From Arcobacteraceae bacterium (lineage in GTDB: Bacteria; Campylobacterota; Campylobacteria; Campylobacterales; Arcobacteraceae), in contig OY759974.1 of the NCBI GenBank assembly GCA_963662945.1, forward strand, positions 1,248,001-1,312,000: a stretch of DNA of 64,000 nt, written 5' to 3'. The notes beneath the pieces are model-generated. The model worked only from the letters and a program-made list of their open reading frames with translations, was not told where the DNA came from and searched no databases. Position numbers and translations under genes: made by a program. Positions within the stretch are counted from its first letter, which is position 1. Every line of letters begins with the position of its first letter. Shown piece after piece: positions 1 to 11,637 of the stretch.

Positions 1-2
1 AT

Positions 3-299
3 GCAGCACAAACAAAAGAGACAGAAAAACTTTTTGAAAAACATAGTGAAGATACTATTTTAGCAAGTATTGAAGATAAAGATAAAATCAAATCAGAAAA
101 AGTAATTCTAAAAACAATACATGGAGAGACAAAACCTCTTAGTATAAAATTTGTAAAAACTATTAAACCACAAACGCTCTTTTGTAGTTTTCATCATGCA
201 AAATCTCATATGAACTATATCTTTGGTGATGAGAGCGATGTAAATACAAAAACAGCTTTATTTAAATCATTAGAAGTAAGTGTAGTAGAGGTAAACTAA
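3..299 (+). CDS. 3' end (partial) of a molybdopterin oxidoreductase catalytic subunit (FDH/nitrate reductase-like, molybdopterin dinucleotide-binding domain)
   Basis: Frame 3 is open from the window edge to TAA 297-299: ...VILKTIHGET...IKPQTLFCSFHHAKSHMNYIFGDESDVNTKTALFKSLEV; typical MopB C-terminal pattern. Confidence 0.6.
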   Translation, partial: AAQTKETEKLFEKHSEDTILASIEDKDKIKSEKVILKTIHGETKPLSIKFVKTIKPQTLFCSFHHAKSHMNYIFGDESDVNTKTALFKSLEVSVVEVN

Positions 300-1078
300 A
301 CTACACTTACCAATCCATTTTCAACTTTAATTCTTCCACTTAACTCATATTCAAAAACTTCACTTGGATATTTTTCCATCGCTTCATCATAGGTGGGGTT
401 TTTTTTACAATAGAGTAAAAAATCATCTTCAACTCCACACTCATCAGTACAGATGCAAATACTATTTATAAACTTGTCTATATCATATATAGCTTTTGCT
501 TGATTGTTTTCTAGAAGTTTATTTGTCCCTTCACTCTCTCCAATTCTATGGGGTAATACATAAATCTCTTTTTCCATCTTAAGCGCATACTCAACACTTC
601 TCATCGTCCCACTATCAATATCTGCTTGAGTAACAATAAGTATATCTCCTAAAGCTACTACAAATTCATTACGTATTGGAAAATTATAATGAATAGAAGG
701 TGTCTGGGGTTTAAATTGACTTAGCATTAAACCTTGTTGTTCGATGTCTTGGATAAGTCTATAATTTATCGTCGGATATCGAATATCCAAACCATTACCT
801 GCAACTCCTATTGTGTTCTTTGCACCAGCTGATATATGAGCAATAGCATCAACACCCATGGCAGCACCACTTACTACTACAATATTATGTTGAGATAATT
901 TTTTCGCTATATCATTTGTGTATTGTTTTGTATAAGGTGTAGGACGACGACTTCCTACTATGGAAACTTTTTTTCTTTTTAGAAGTTCTAGGTTTCCTAT
1001 ATAAAATATCTCTTTGGGATATTTTTTCATATTTTCTAGTTCTGGAACTGTAAAAGTTAATTGTTGTATATTATTCAT
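296..1078 (-). CDS. dprA: DNA-processing protein DprA
   Basis: VSIVGSRRPT, VVSGAAMGVD, FPIRN, SGTMRS motifs. Confidence 0.95.
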   Translation of the reverse strand: MNNIQQLTFTVPELENMKKYPKEIFYIGNLELLKRKKVSIVGSRRPTPYTKQYTNDIAKKLSQHNIVVVSGAAMGVDAIAHISAGAKNTIGVAGNGLDIRYPTINYRLIQDIEQQGLMLSQFKPQTPSIHYNFPIRNEFVVALGDILIVTQADIDSGTMRSVEYALKMEKEIYVLPHRIGESEGTNKLLENNQAKAIYDIDKFINSICICTDECGVEDDFLLYCKKNPTYDEAMEKYPSEVFEYELSGRIKVENGLVSVV

Positions 1079-1142
1079 AATACAAGTGTATCACAAATTA
1101 AATACTATCCTAAAAAAGATTTCAAATTGCAATATATTTATA

Positions 1143-2240
1143 TCATAACTGATTAATATATACTAAATCTAATCCTTTTAAAAGTTGTTGAGAATCTTTT
1201 AGTGTTTCAAGTGTAATATTATATGGATGTCCTATAGCAATAGCAGTACCAAATTTTTGTGCTGTTTTTATAGCTTTTTTGAGTTGATTCTGAATATATT
1301 TTTTATCTTTATTATTATCAAGAAATATATTTCGACTTAACATTCTTACCCCGTATTTATTGGCAGATTCCGCAGCTACTGATTTTGCTGTTGTTCTACT
1401 ATCTACAAAAGTATAGTTATATTTTTTTAAAATTTGAAATAACTTATCCATAGCAATTTGATTTGCAGTAAACTTACTTCCTGTATGATTATTTAAAAAT
1501 GTTGCTTTTGGATATAGTTTTTTCAACTGAATAATCCTGTTTTCTATAGTTTCTAAAGTATCTGTAATATGTAATGTATTTTCTTCTTCAAATTTAAAAT
1601 TACTTGCTTGTAGAGGCAAATGTATCATATAGTTATTCAATTTTCTTGTTATTCTTGCTGAATTTGGATGTCCTTCTGTTGGTGGAAGAAAAGCCATATT
1701 GGCGATATATCCCAAATTTAATATTTTATCAACTTGTGCTTTAGTTGTTACATCATCTATTATAATTGCTAGTTTTGGTTTATAAATTTTTTCTTTATCT
1801 TGTGGTAAAGTAATACTTTCTGGTTTTTCTATGATTTTTGATATATCTTCTTTTGTAGGTTCTGGCTGTTGTATTTGTGGATGTTGACTATCTCCAACAT
1901 CTCCATAATCAGGTTCTTCAAAGTGAAACTTAGGTTGTTCAACTTTTTGTTCTTTTTTTTCTATATATGTATTATTATCAGCATTATTTGCATATTCAAT
2001 CTCTAATGCTTTTGTTTTTTCTTCAAATGTTATAAGTTTTTTATTTTCTTCTGTTTGTGTTTGTTTTTCTTGTTGTATATCTACAATTATCTCTTTTTTG
2101 TCAATAAATAAATATGCCCCTATTAATGATGCTAGGAGAATAGTAAGTGCAATAGTAATTAGTATTGTTATAAGTTTTTGGTAAGATTTTTTCTTAGATT
2201 TTAATCTTCGAGGAGGTTTTTTATGTATTCTTTTTTTCAT
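1143..2240 (-). CDS. Divergent polysaccharide deacetylase family protein (YibQ-like), N-terminal membrane anchor
   Basis: LAIIIDD, HLPLQ, NNHTGS, FVDSRT, FLDN, AIAIGHP motifs. Confidence 0.9.
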   Translation of the reverse strand: MKKRIHKKPPRRLKSKKKSYQKLITILITIALTILLASLIGAYLFIDKKEIIVDIQQEKQTQTEENKKLITFEEKTKALEIEYANNADNNTYIEKKEQKVEQPKFHFEEPDYGDVGDSQHPQIQQPEPTKEDISKIIEKPESITLPQDKEKIYKPKLAIIIDDVTTKAQVDKILNLGYIANMAFLPPTEGHPNSARITRKLNNYMIHLPLQASNFKFEEENTLHITDTLETIENRIIQLKKLYPKATFLNNHTGSKFTANQIAMDKLFQILKKYNYTFVDSRTTAKSVAAESANKYGVRMLSRNIFLDNNKDKKYIQNQLKKAIKTAQKFGTAIAIGHPYNITLETLKDSQQLLKGLDLVYINQL

Positions 2241-2249
2241 AAAATATAC

Positions 2250-2279
2250 TTAAAACTATAGGTCTCCCTATAGTTTTAA
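2250..2279 (-). terminator. Intrinsic terminator downstream of ilvC
   Basis: Perfect 13-bp inverted repeat TTAAAACTATAGG-tctc-CCTATAGTTTTAA; GAGA loop on the minus strand, right after the ilvC stop. Confidence 0.75.
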
Positions 2280-2282
2280 AAT

Positions 2283-3359
<1,077 letters not shown>

Positions 3360-3420
3360 CTAGCTGAAAGATTAACATAATTTGGGTATCATTATAAAAA
3401 TAAAGAGTTAAGGAAACCAT

Positions 3421-5187
3421 TTGGATTATTTAAAAAAAATATATGAAGAGCAAACAAAACCTATTGTGAAACTAGTAGATGACAAATATATTTTAAACAG
3501 TAAATACAAAATCGGAACAATAATTCTTATCAATCATGATGCTATACTCAATCTTCCAAATAACAGTTCTCAAAAAATCTATATAGATCGTGAAAACTTA
3601 AATGGTGCCTATAATCATGATATTGTTTTAGTACAAGTTCTTTTCAATCCAAAAGGAAAAACAAAAGCAAAAGTTACCCAGATATTAGAAAGGTCAAATC
3701 ATAGTATACTTTGTTATGTAAAAGAACATAATCTTTATACAATAAAAGAAAATGCATTTATTGACTGTGAAACTGTTAATAATAGAGATGGCGATGTAGT
3801 GCTTTTTGAAGATGGAAAAATTATAAAAGTGTTTGGAAATATTGCTGATGCCTCAATAGATGAAAAAATATCTTTATATCTTTATAATGAATTTTATAGA
3901 TTAGATTCTATGGAATCTTTAGAATTTGAAAAACTAGATACTACAAATAGAACAGACTTGACAAATCTTGATTTTTGCACTATAGATCCAGTAAGTGCAA
4001 AAGATTATGATGATGCAATATATTATGATGAAGAGGAGCAGGAACTTTATGTTGCAATAGCTGATGTAAGTGCTTATGTAAAAGAGGGAAGTCTTCTTGA
4101 CCAAGAAGCTTACAAACGTTCTTTTACTGTGTATTTACCAAATAAAATGCTTCCGATGTTGCCATTTGAATTAAGTACAAATCTTTGTTCTCTTGTTCCA
4201 AATGAGGTACGACCAGCCTATGTTTTTAAAATGAAATTAGATATTAAAAATCAAAAAGTGATACAAAGTTCTGTTTTTGAAGCACTTATCCAATCAAAAA
4301 ATAGATACACCTATGAACAGATTGATGAAGTTATTGAAGAAAATAACCCAAATAATCCTCAAGTAAAACTTTATGAAATTACGAAAAAATTTCGTGCAAA
4401 ACGATTAAAAAATGGTTATGACTTTAGAAGTGAAGAGATAAGACTTATTTTAGATAATGAAGAAAAACTGATAGATTATATTGTGGAAACCTCATCAGCA
4501 TCACATAGTTTAGTTGAAGAATGTATGCTTTTAACCAATCAAGAAGCAGCAAAAAAACTAAAACTTACTGGTATATTTAGAGTCCATGATGAACCTTCAT
4601 CGTCAAAAATCAAAAAACTTCTTGATGACCTCAATGCTTTAGGTATCAAAGCTCAATTAAAAGATGATATTCATTCAACAATCGTAAGTATTCAACAAAA
4701 AGCTTCTAATGTTGGTTTAGAAAGTGAAGTTGATGAACTTATCATTCAAGCACAGCAGCAAGCTAGTTACAGCAGTATCAAAAAAGAACATTTTGGATTG
4801 GGATTTAAAGACTATTCACATTTTACTTCACCTATACGAAGATATGCCGATTTAGTACTTCATCGTATTTTAAAAACAGGTAAAATACCTGAGAATATTG
4901 AAGAAATATGTGACTATATCAGTACAAAAGAAAGAGATATTGCAACACTTGTTTGGGATTACGAAGATAGAAAATATGCAAGGTATTTAAGTAACCATAT
5001 TCATAAAACATTTCAAGCTACTCTAGTGGATACTGAAAATGGTGTGGTAACATTAGATGAAACTGTAAAAGGAGCAAGAGTGTTTATAGATAATTATGCA
5101 GGAGAAAAACTATTTTCTAAAGTTGTTGTTAAAATTATTAGTAGTGATATCATCTCTAAAAAAATATTTGGAACTATACAACGATAA
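3421..5187 (+). CDS. rnr: RNase R / RNB-family exoribonuclease
   Basis: TIDPVSAKDYDDA catalytic motif, YSHFTSPIRRYADL; TTG start behind AAGGA. Confidence 0.9.
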   Translation: MDYLKKIYEEQTKPIVKLVDDKYILNSKYKIGTIILINHDAILNLPNNSSQKIYIDRENLNGAYNHDIVLVQVLFNPKGKTKAKVTQILERSNHSILCYVKEHNLYTIKENAFIDCETVNNRDGDVVLFEDGKIIKVFGNIADASIDEKISLYLYNEFYRLDSMESLEFEKLDTTNRTDLTNLDFCTIDPVSAKDYDDAIYYDEEEQELYVAIADVSAYVKEGSLLDQEAYKRSFTVYLPNKMLPMLPFELSTNLCSLVPNEVRPAYVFKMKLDIKNQKVIQSSVFEALIQSKNRYTYEQIDEVIEENNPNNPQVKLYEITKKFRAKRLKNGYDFRSEEIRLILDNEEKLIDYIVETSSASHSLVEECMLLTNQEAAKKLKLTGIFRVHDEPSSSKIKKLLDDLNALGIKAQLKDDIHSTIVSIQQKASNVGLESEVDELIIQAQQQASYSSIKKEHFGLGFKDYSHFTSPIRRYADLVLHRILKTGKIPENIEEICDYISTKERDIATLVWDYEDRKYARYLSNHIHKTFQATLVDTENGVVTLDETVKGARVFIDNYAGEKLFSKVVVKIISSDIISKKIFGTIQR

Positions 5188-5251
5188 ATTGAATTTTAGT
5201 TTTCGATAATGTATAATATGACTAATTACAATGAATAAAAAAGGATGTAAT

Positions 5252-5674
5252 ATGCATATAATTTGTCCCCACTGTCTTAGTGTAAATAATGTTCCAAAAA
5301 AAGAGAGTTATTCTAAAGCAAATTGTGGAAAATGTAAAAATTCACTTTTAGATACAAAGCCCATAAATCTTACAGCAACAACTTTTGATGAAGTTTTAGT
5401 AAACAGTGATATCCCTGTTATTGTAGATTTTTGGGCACCGTGGTGTGGCCCTTGTAAAATGATGGGACCAACTTTTGAAAATGTTGCTAAAAGCTATCCT
5501 TTAAAAGTTTTATTTACAAAAGTAAATACCGAAGAGGAACAAATGTTAGGTGCAAAGTTTGGTATAAGAAGTATTCCAACCCTCGCTATTTTTAAAAATG
5601 GAAAAGAAGTTGAAAGAATATCAGGCGCTTTAGATGAACACAATCTAAAGATGTTTATTTCTAAACATCTTTAA
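5252..5674 (+). CDS. trxC: Thioredoxin 2 with N-terminal zinc finger
   Basis: CPHC...CGKC zinc site and WCGPC active site; ATG 5252 behind AAGGA. Confidence 0.93.
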   Translation: MHIICPHCLSVNNVPKKESYSKANCGKCKNSLLDTKPINLTATTFDEVLVNSDIPVIVDFWAPWCGPCKMMGPTFENVAKSYPLKVLFTKVNTEEEQMLGAKFGIRSIPTLAIFKNGKEVERISGALDEHNLKMFISKHL

Positions 5675-5683
5675 TTTCTAAGA

Positions 5684-7711
5684 TTAAAAATTTGCCCACT
5701 CATCAGCTTCAACCTTAGAGACAACAGGAATAACTTTATTGGTTGATTTTATAGTTGATAATGGTGGCTCTATATTTTTACCATTTGTTATATCTTTTGC
5801 TTTTGTCATATCTTTTCCTACAAATTCCTTTTCATTTGCATCTGATACAATTAATTTCGCTATTGTATCTGTTTGCACTGCTATTGAATATGTATCCGAT
5901 GCTATACTTGCATTCTGTTGTGTTTGACTATCTAAAGAATTTATAGCATCATTAATCTGCATTATTCCATTTTGTTGCTCTTTAGATGATACTTCAACAA
6001 TATGAATAAGCTCTATTGTTTGTGAAATATTTTCATTAAGTTGGGTATAACCATCTATCATCTTACTTGATATAGCTTTCCCTTCATTTGCTTTATTAGT
6101 TGCATTGAGTACAATATTTTTAATTTCATTTGCTGCATCAGCACTTCTTGAAGCTAAGTTTCTAACCTCTTGAGCAACAACTGCAAATCCTTTTCCAGCT
6201 TCTCCTGCAGTTGCTGCTTCTACTGCTGCATTAAGTGAGAGAATATTTGTTTGAAATGCAATTTGATCAATAACTGTAATTGCTTCATTGATTGCATTTA
6301 CTTCTTTATCAATTTCATTCATAGCTTGTGTTGTTTGATTTGCTAATTTTTCACCTTCTCCTACAGAGTCTGTTACTTTAGAAGCTAGATTTGCCATTTT
6401 TGCTACTGTTTGTGTGTTTGAAGATATATTACTTGTTACCTCTTCTATTGCCGCAGCCGTTTCTTCTAATCTTGCTGCTGCATCGTTTGAGTTTTTATTA
6501 AGAGTATCTACATTTTTAAGAAGTATATGACTACTACCTTCTAAAGTTAACCCACTTTGTTTATTTTTAACCAACATCTCAGTAATTGAATCAGCAACAT
6601 GATTTACACCACTTGCTAACTTTAAAAGATGCTCTTTAACTCCATCCGTTTTGACTTTATCCCTATAATCGTAGTTTGAAAAATTTTCCAAGACACTCAA
6701 AATAGAATTAATATTTTTTTCTATATTTTCACCCATTTTATTTAATAAATTCGTTAACTCTTTTAATGCTGGATTATTACTCGTTGCACTTACTCTTTGG
6801 CATAAATCACCTTGTTCAAAATCACCTAAGACATTTATTGCATCATCGATAACTTTTCTGTCTTCTTCTAAATCTTTTTTTATTGTGATAATATTTTCAT
6901 TAACTACTTTTGCCATATCCCCTATTTCATTGTTAGGTTCTTCTAACATATGAGTACTTGTTGTTTTTTTATTAAGATAGTCAAAGAATTCAAATAGATT
7001 CTTTTTAAAATTTCTTATTAAAATAGATATATTTTTGGCAACAATAGAGAATATTAAACTAAATGTTATTATAGCTACAAGACTAATTACAATATTTTGT
7101 GTAACTGTATTTGATACAATATTATCAGTATTGTCAATACTATCAGATATCTCTGTAAATTTTTGATTAAACTTATCTGTCGTTTTATCTACAAGATTGT
7201 CTACGATATTAAAAAGTTTTATTTCTATTGGTTTTACTTCATCAGAAAGTATCTCTCTTCCATACTTTTCATCTTCATCAATCTCTTCTTGTAAAACTTC
7301 TAAAATCAAATGGTATGTTTTAAACTCTTTTTCCATACTATGATGCATTTGATGGAGTTCTTTATTGGATTTTTTGTATTTATTTAAAAATTCTTTTAAC
7401 TCTGCTATTTTTTTATCAGTAACAACCAATGCTTTTTTATAGTTTTCATTTTCAAATACAGGCTTTTTTGCAATGATACTCTCAAAAGCTTCCATCTTTG
7501 TAAGTGTAATATTTAACTTTATCTCTTTTGCGATTGAATTTAGAATTAGTGTTTGTTCTTTTAATAATTTATTGCTTTTTTTAATATTATTAATATTTGT
7601 AGACATTGCACTCATAGCAAAATATCCACTAAAAGCTAAAACTAATAAAAAAACCACTCCAACAATATTCAATATAATTAGTTGACTTGAAATTTTCATA
7701 TTTTTCAGCAC
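5684..7711 (-). CDS. Methyl-accepting chemotaxis protein (two TM helices, periplasmic sensor)
   Basis: [37 protein letters not shown] hairpin tip; C-terminal EWANF pentapeptide. Confidence 0.95.
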   Translation of the reverse strand: MLKNMKISSQLIILNIVGVVFLLVLAFSGYFAMSAMSTNINNIKKSNKLLKEQTLILNSIAKEIKLNITLTKMEAFESIIAKKPVFENENYKKALVVTDKKIAELKEFLNKYKKSNKELHQMHHSMEKEFKTYHLILEVLQEEIDEDEKYGREILSDEVKPIEIKLFNIVDNLVDKTTDKFNQKFTEISDSIDNTDNIVSNTVTQNIVISLVAIITFSLIFSIVAKNISILIRNFKKNLFEFFDYLNKKTTSTHMLEEPNNEIGDMAKVVNENIITIKKDLEEDRKVIDDAINVLGDFEQGDLCQRVSATSNNPALKELTNLLNKMGENIEKNINSILSVLENFSNYDYRDKVKTDGVKEHLLKLASGVNHVADSITEMLVKNKQSGLTLEGSSHILLKNVDTLNKNSNDAAARLEETAAAIEEVTSNISSNTQTVAKMANLASKVTDSVGEGEKLANQTTQAMNEIDKEVNAINEAITVIDQIAFQTNILSLNAAVEAATAGEAGKGFAVVAQEVRNLASRSADAANEIKNIVLNATNKANEGKAISSKMIDGYTQLNENISQTIELIHIVEVSSKEQQNGIMQINDAINSLDSQTQQNASIASDTYSIAVQTDTIAKLIVSDANEKEFVGKDMTKAKDITNGKNIEPPLSTIKSTNKVIPVVSKVEADEWANF

Positions 7712-7778
7712 TATTCCATCCTTTAGGTATTAATGATGTCAAACAAAACATCACATGATATATTATTTATAAAGATTA

Positions 7779-8036
7779 TTAATCTACTATTTTTTTCAAA
7801 TCTTTTGGATGATATTTTGCTTTACAAGCTTTTAAGTCTTCTTCATTTTTCGCAGCTTTTACACATTCTAATTTCTTTTTTAAGAAATCTTCAGCAGCAG
7901 CATTCCCTTTATATTTTTCCATTTTAGAATGAATTCTACTATCCATCATCTCAAGTTTTTTTTCAAATTCTCCAGCATTTAAAACTGTAACGATAAGTAC
8001 TCCCGCAATTGTTCCTATTAAAACTTTTTTCATCAT
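7779..8036 (-). CDS. Small secreted helical protein with CX12C motif
   Basis: AAGGAG SD, signal peptide MKKVLIG...LNA, ECVKAAKNEEDLKAC. Confidence 0.75.
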   Translation of the reverse strand: MMKKVLIGTIAGVLIVTVLNAGEFEKKLEMMDSRIHSKMEKYKGNAAAEDFLKKKLECVKAAKNEEDLKACKAKYHPKDLKKIVD

Positions 8037-8122
8037 TATCTCCTTGAATATTTATTCAGTTTATAAAATGATTACATAATTTTCTTTAATATCCCTAATA
8101 AAAGTAATTATCTTCTTTATTA

Positions 8123-10138
8123 CTAAAAATTTGACCATTCATCATTAGTCTCTTTTGTTTTTAAAGCTACTATATTTTGGTCATGAGTTTCGTGGTCATG
8201 CTCTATAACCTCTTTAATTATCTTTTCTCTTTTTCTCTTCTCTTCTCCTTGATAATTTAAATTTGTATGTTCTTTTCTTTTATCCATATCTTTACCGATA
8301 AACTCTTTTGCATCAGCATCTTTAACTACTAATTTTGCTATTGCATCAGTTTCAAGGGCTACATCATGAGTTTGAGAAGCTATCATTGCATTTTGTTGTG
8401 TTTGTTGGTCTAAAGAGTTAACTGCATCATTGATTTATTCAATTCCTGTAAGTTGTTCTTTACTTGCCATCTCTACATCTTTGATTAAATCTATTGTTTT
8501 AGAGATATTTTCATTAAGTGCTGTATATCCACTTATCATCTCTTCTGCAATTTTCTTTCCACCATTTGCTTTAGATGTTGCATTTTGAACTAGAGCTTTA
8601 ATCTCATTTGCTGCATCTGCTGAACGAGATGCTAAGTTTCTAACCTCTTGAGCAACAACTGCAAATCCTTTTCCAGCTTCACCAGCAGTTGCAGCTTCTA
8701 CTGCTGCATTTAAACTTAAAATATTTGTTTGGAATGCAATTTGATCAATAACAGTAATTGCTTCATTAATAGCATTTACCTCTTGATCAATATGATTCAT
8801 GGCTTGTGTTGTTTCATTTGCCAAAGATTCACCTTTTGATGCAGATTCTGTTACAGAAGATGCAAGCTTTGACATTTTTACAACATTTTCTGTATTGTGA
8901 GAGATATTACTTGTAATCTCTTCTAAAGCTGCTGCTGTTTCTTCTAAAGCTGCTGCTGCTTCATTTGAGTTTATATTTAGCGTATCTACATTTTTTAAAA
9001 GGATATTACTACTTCTATCTAGAGTAAGCCCATTTGCTTTATTCTCTATCAACATTTTTGTTATGGCATCTCGTAGATAATTAATATTTTTTACTAGTGC
9101 GTCAAATACACCTTCTTTTTCAATATCTTCTATTTTAAGTTCTTTTCTATAGTCTAAATTTACATAGTTTTCTAAAGTGCTATTAATTATTATAAATCTC
9201 TCTTTAAGTTGATCTAATGCAATATTAATAGTATCCTTAAGTTGCATCAAGTTTGGATTTGTTGAATTTGCTTCAATATGTTGCGATAGCCACCCTTTTT
9301 GTACCCTAGTCATTACTGCTTGAGTATCACTTATAAAAATATTATCTTCTAAAATTCTTTTCTCTATTATTGTAATATTTTCATCAATCTCTTTAGCAAT
9401 TACTCCAAATTCATCTGTACTATCTAGTTCTATCTTTTTAGCAGATGTTGTTTTTCTATTCAAAAAATCAAAAAAACTATCAATACCTCTTTGTAGTTTA
9501 TTAAGAGATGTTGTTATTGAACTTATTATCAAATAAGAGAACACGGCAATTAATACAAAACTAATTAAAGACAATATTCTCAATAATATTAAAGTATTAT
9601 CACTTGCATCATTGTATAAATTCACATAAATTATATCTTCTTTATTACTAGTATACTTCCATTCTTGTAAATTTTCTTTTAATGGTCTCCAAACCGTCGA
9701 AACATGTTGTTGAATCTCTTTTTCCTCAAGAGTTCCTTGTTTAGCTTTTTCTATAAGCTTTGTTATATCTTCTTTATAAACTGTAAAAAGTGTATTGATA
9801 TTATAGGTTTCTACTCCGTTACTAAAATCTTTAACTTCTGGAGAATCCAACTTATTAATTTGTTGTAACATTGTTGTAAAAGTTGATTCTAAAGTTTTAT
9901 GCATTTTTGTATCACTTGGATTAATATAGCTACTGCTTAAAGCAGAATTTATTTGAATTCCATTTGTAAAAACATCATTTACAGTTTCTCTTATATCTAC
10001 AAGTCTTTGAAGATTTTTAAATTTTTCTTTTTGAGAACTTAGTTTTATATCTATATATATATTTATTCCAATTGATGTAACAATAAAGATAACAACTAAA
10101 GAAACTAATTTATTTTTTATGCTGAGATTTTGAAACAT
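8123..10138 (-). pseudogene. Methyl-accepting chemotaxis protein interrupted by an in-frame TAA at 8435-8437
   Basis: ORFs 8435-10138 and 8123-8386 share one frame: EQLTGIE*INDAVNSLDQQTQQNAMIAS, versus [25 protein letters not shown] in the adjacent paralog. Confidence 0.85.
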
Positions 10139-10266
10139 TTCTCTATCCTTCTATTTTAAATTATCCATTATAATAACTTTTAATGATTATTAATATAATC
10201 TGAAATAATAGAACAATTAATGTTAAATTCAAATTAAATAATATTATTTTTGAATATTTTAGTCAT

Positions 10267-10304
10267 AAAAAAAAAGCCAACTGGCTATACCAGTTGGCTT
10301 TTTT
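10267..10304 (-). terminator. Intrinsic terminator downstream of the rhodanese/MBL operon
   Basis: AAAAAAGCCAACTGG-ctata-CCAGTTGGCTTTTTT hairpin with A/T tracts on both sides. Confidence 0.85.
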
Positions 10305-10322
10305 AAATAAATTCAAAAATTA

Positions 10323-11627
10323 TTATTCAAATTCCATTTGTTTAAACAATGTAGCAATGTTTTGTTTCCCTAACTCTTTAAAAGTATCAAGATGTTGGTA
10401 TGGTGTCATATCTATATTATATGCTTCATTTAATCCACCATCATTTTCAATAACTTTACTAATTTGCTCTCTCATATACACCAAATACCCTTTAGTATAT
10501 TTTTCTGTTGTTGCCATATCTGTCACATCTCCATGTCCCGGGATAACAATTTTTGCACCAAGAGCTGCAAATCTATCAGAAGCTTCTAGCCACTTTTGTG
10601 TTTCTGTAATTTTAAATATAGGAAGTAGCCTTTGATTAAATGCTAAATCCCCTCCAAACACAATCTTCTCTTTTGGGAGCCAAAGACAAATATCACTATG
10701 TTCATGAGCATATCCAAAATAAAGAGCTTCTACAACTCTACCACCTAAATCAAATACTTTTTTATCTTTAAATGTTTCATCAGGAAGAATAATTTTTGTA
10801 CCTAATATTTTATCTCTTTGTGTTTTAGCATATCTCTTTAAAATACCTTCACCCAATTCTATAATCTCTTCTTTAGCTATCTCTTGGGCTACTAAAGTTG
10901 CACCTTGTTCTTTCCAATAGCTACTTCCAAGCATTGCATGCCCTTGAGAGTTTTCTAGAACTACATATTTTACTGGCTTATTTGTGATTTTCTTAATCTC
11001 TTCATGAAAACTTTTCGCTAATAAATAACTTGAACTTGCATTCCATACTAATACAGAATCATTTCCTATTACAAATCCAAGATTATTATTGTGTCCTGAG
11101 TTTTCATAACTTCCTGGACTTGTTTGACCAATTGAAGTGTATACACCCTCTGCTACTTTTTGTATTTTTGAATACAACATAGATTCTGGATATCTATCCA
11201 AAGAACTTGTTGTTAAACCTGCTTGTTCCCAGCCTTTATAACTATCTTTATAATGAAGAACATTTTTATATCCCATATCAAGAAGTTTTTTAGCAGCTAA
11301 TAAACTTATTTTACCATCATAACAATGTACAACAAATTTCTGTTCAGGTTTTAGTTCGTTAGCAATAAGAAACTCTAGCTTATCTCGAGGTACATTAGTA
11401 ACTCTATTTGCTTTTATATACCCACCTTGTTTTAAAATATCCTCTCTCGTTCTTACATCAATTATCTGGAGATTTGGATCTTCTTTTAATAATGATTGTA
11501 ATTGTTTTGTATCAATACTTTTTACTACTTTTTGAGCTTCCTGAAGTAATTTTTTCTCATCTAATACATTTGCATTTAATACAATACTTGTTCCGAATAA
11601 TGTTATTAATATTAAGTTTTTTAACAT
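10323..11627 (-). CDS. Secreted rhodanese + metallo-beta-lactamase-fold fusion (SoxH-like)
   Basis: Signal peptide; IIDVR...HCYDGKIS rhodanese loop; MBL fold with GHNNNLGF, ENSQGHAMLG, FGGD, IPGHG. Confidence 0.8.
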   Translation of the reverse strand: MLKNLILITLFGTSIVLNANVLDEKKLLQEAQKVVKSIDTKQLQSLLKEDPNLQIIDVRTREDILKQGGYIKANRVTNVPRDKLEFLIANELKPEQKFVVHCYDGKISLLAAKKLLDMGYKNVLHYKDSYKGWEQAGLTTSSLDRYPESMLYSKIQKVAEGVYTSIGQTSPGSYENSGHNNNLGFVIGNDSVLVWNASSSYLLAKSFHEEIKKITNKPVKYVVLENSQGHAMLGSSYWKEQGATLVAQEIAKEEIIELGEGILKRYAKTQRDKILGTKIILPDETFKDKKVFDLGGRVVEALYFGYAHEHSDICLWLPKEKIVFGGDLAFNQRLLPIFKITETQKWLEASDRFAALGAKIVIPGHGDVTDMATTEKYTKGYLVYMREQISKVIENDGGLNEAYNIDMTPYQHLDTFKELGKQNIATLFKQMEFE

Positions 11628-11637
11628 AGGAAATCGC

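Noticed and set aside
8123-8386. 87-aa ORF as an independent gene
   Set aside because: No SD; it is the in-frame distal part of the interrupted MCP. Programmed read-through of TAA is unlikely and no recoding signal was seen
6150-8790. Near-identical DNA blocks at ~6150-6320 and ~8630-8790
   Set aside because: They encode the conserved hairpin tip of two paralogous MCPs; not a repeat element
8921-8959. Short tandem repeat TTCTAAAGCTGCTGCTG with 21-nt period
   Set aside because: Encodes the AAALEET heptad methylation repeat of the MCP
10215-10230. TTAATGTTAAAT resembling a dif XerD arm
   Set aside because: Imperfect, no matching XerC arm, in a very AT-rich intergenic region
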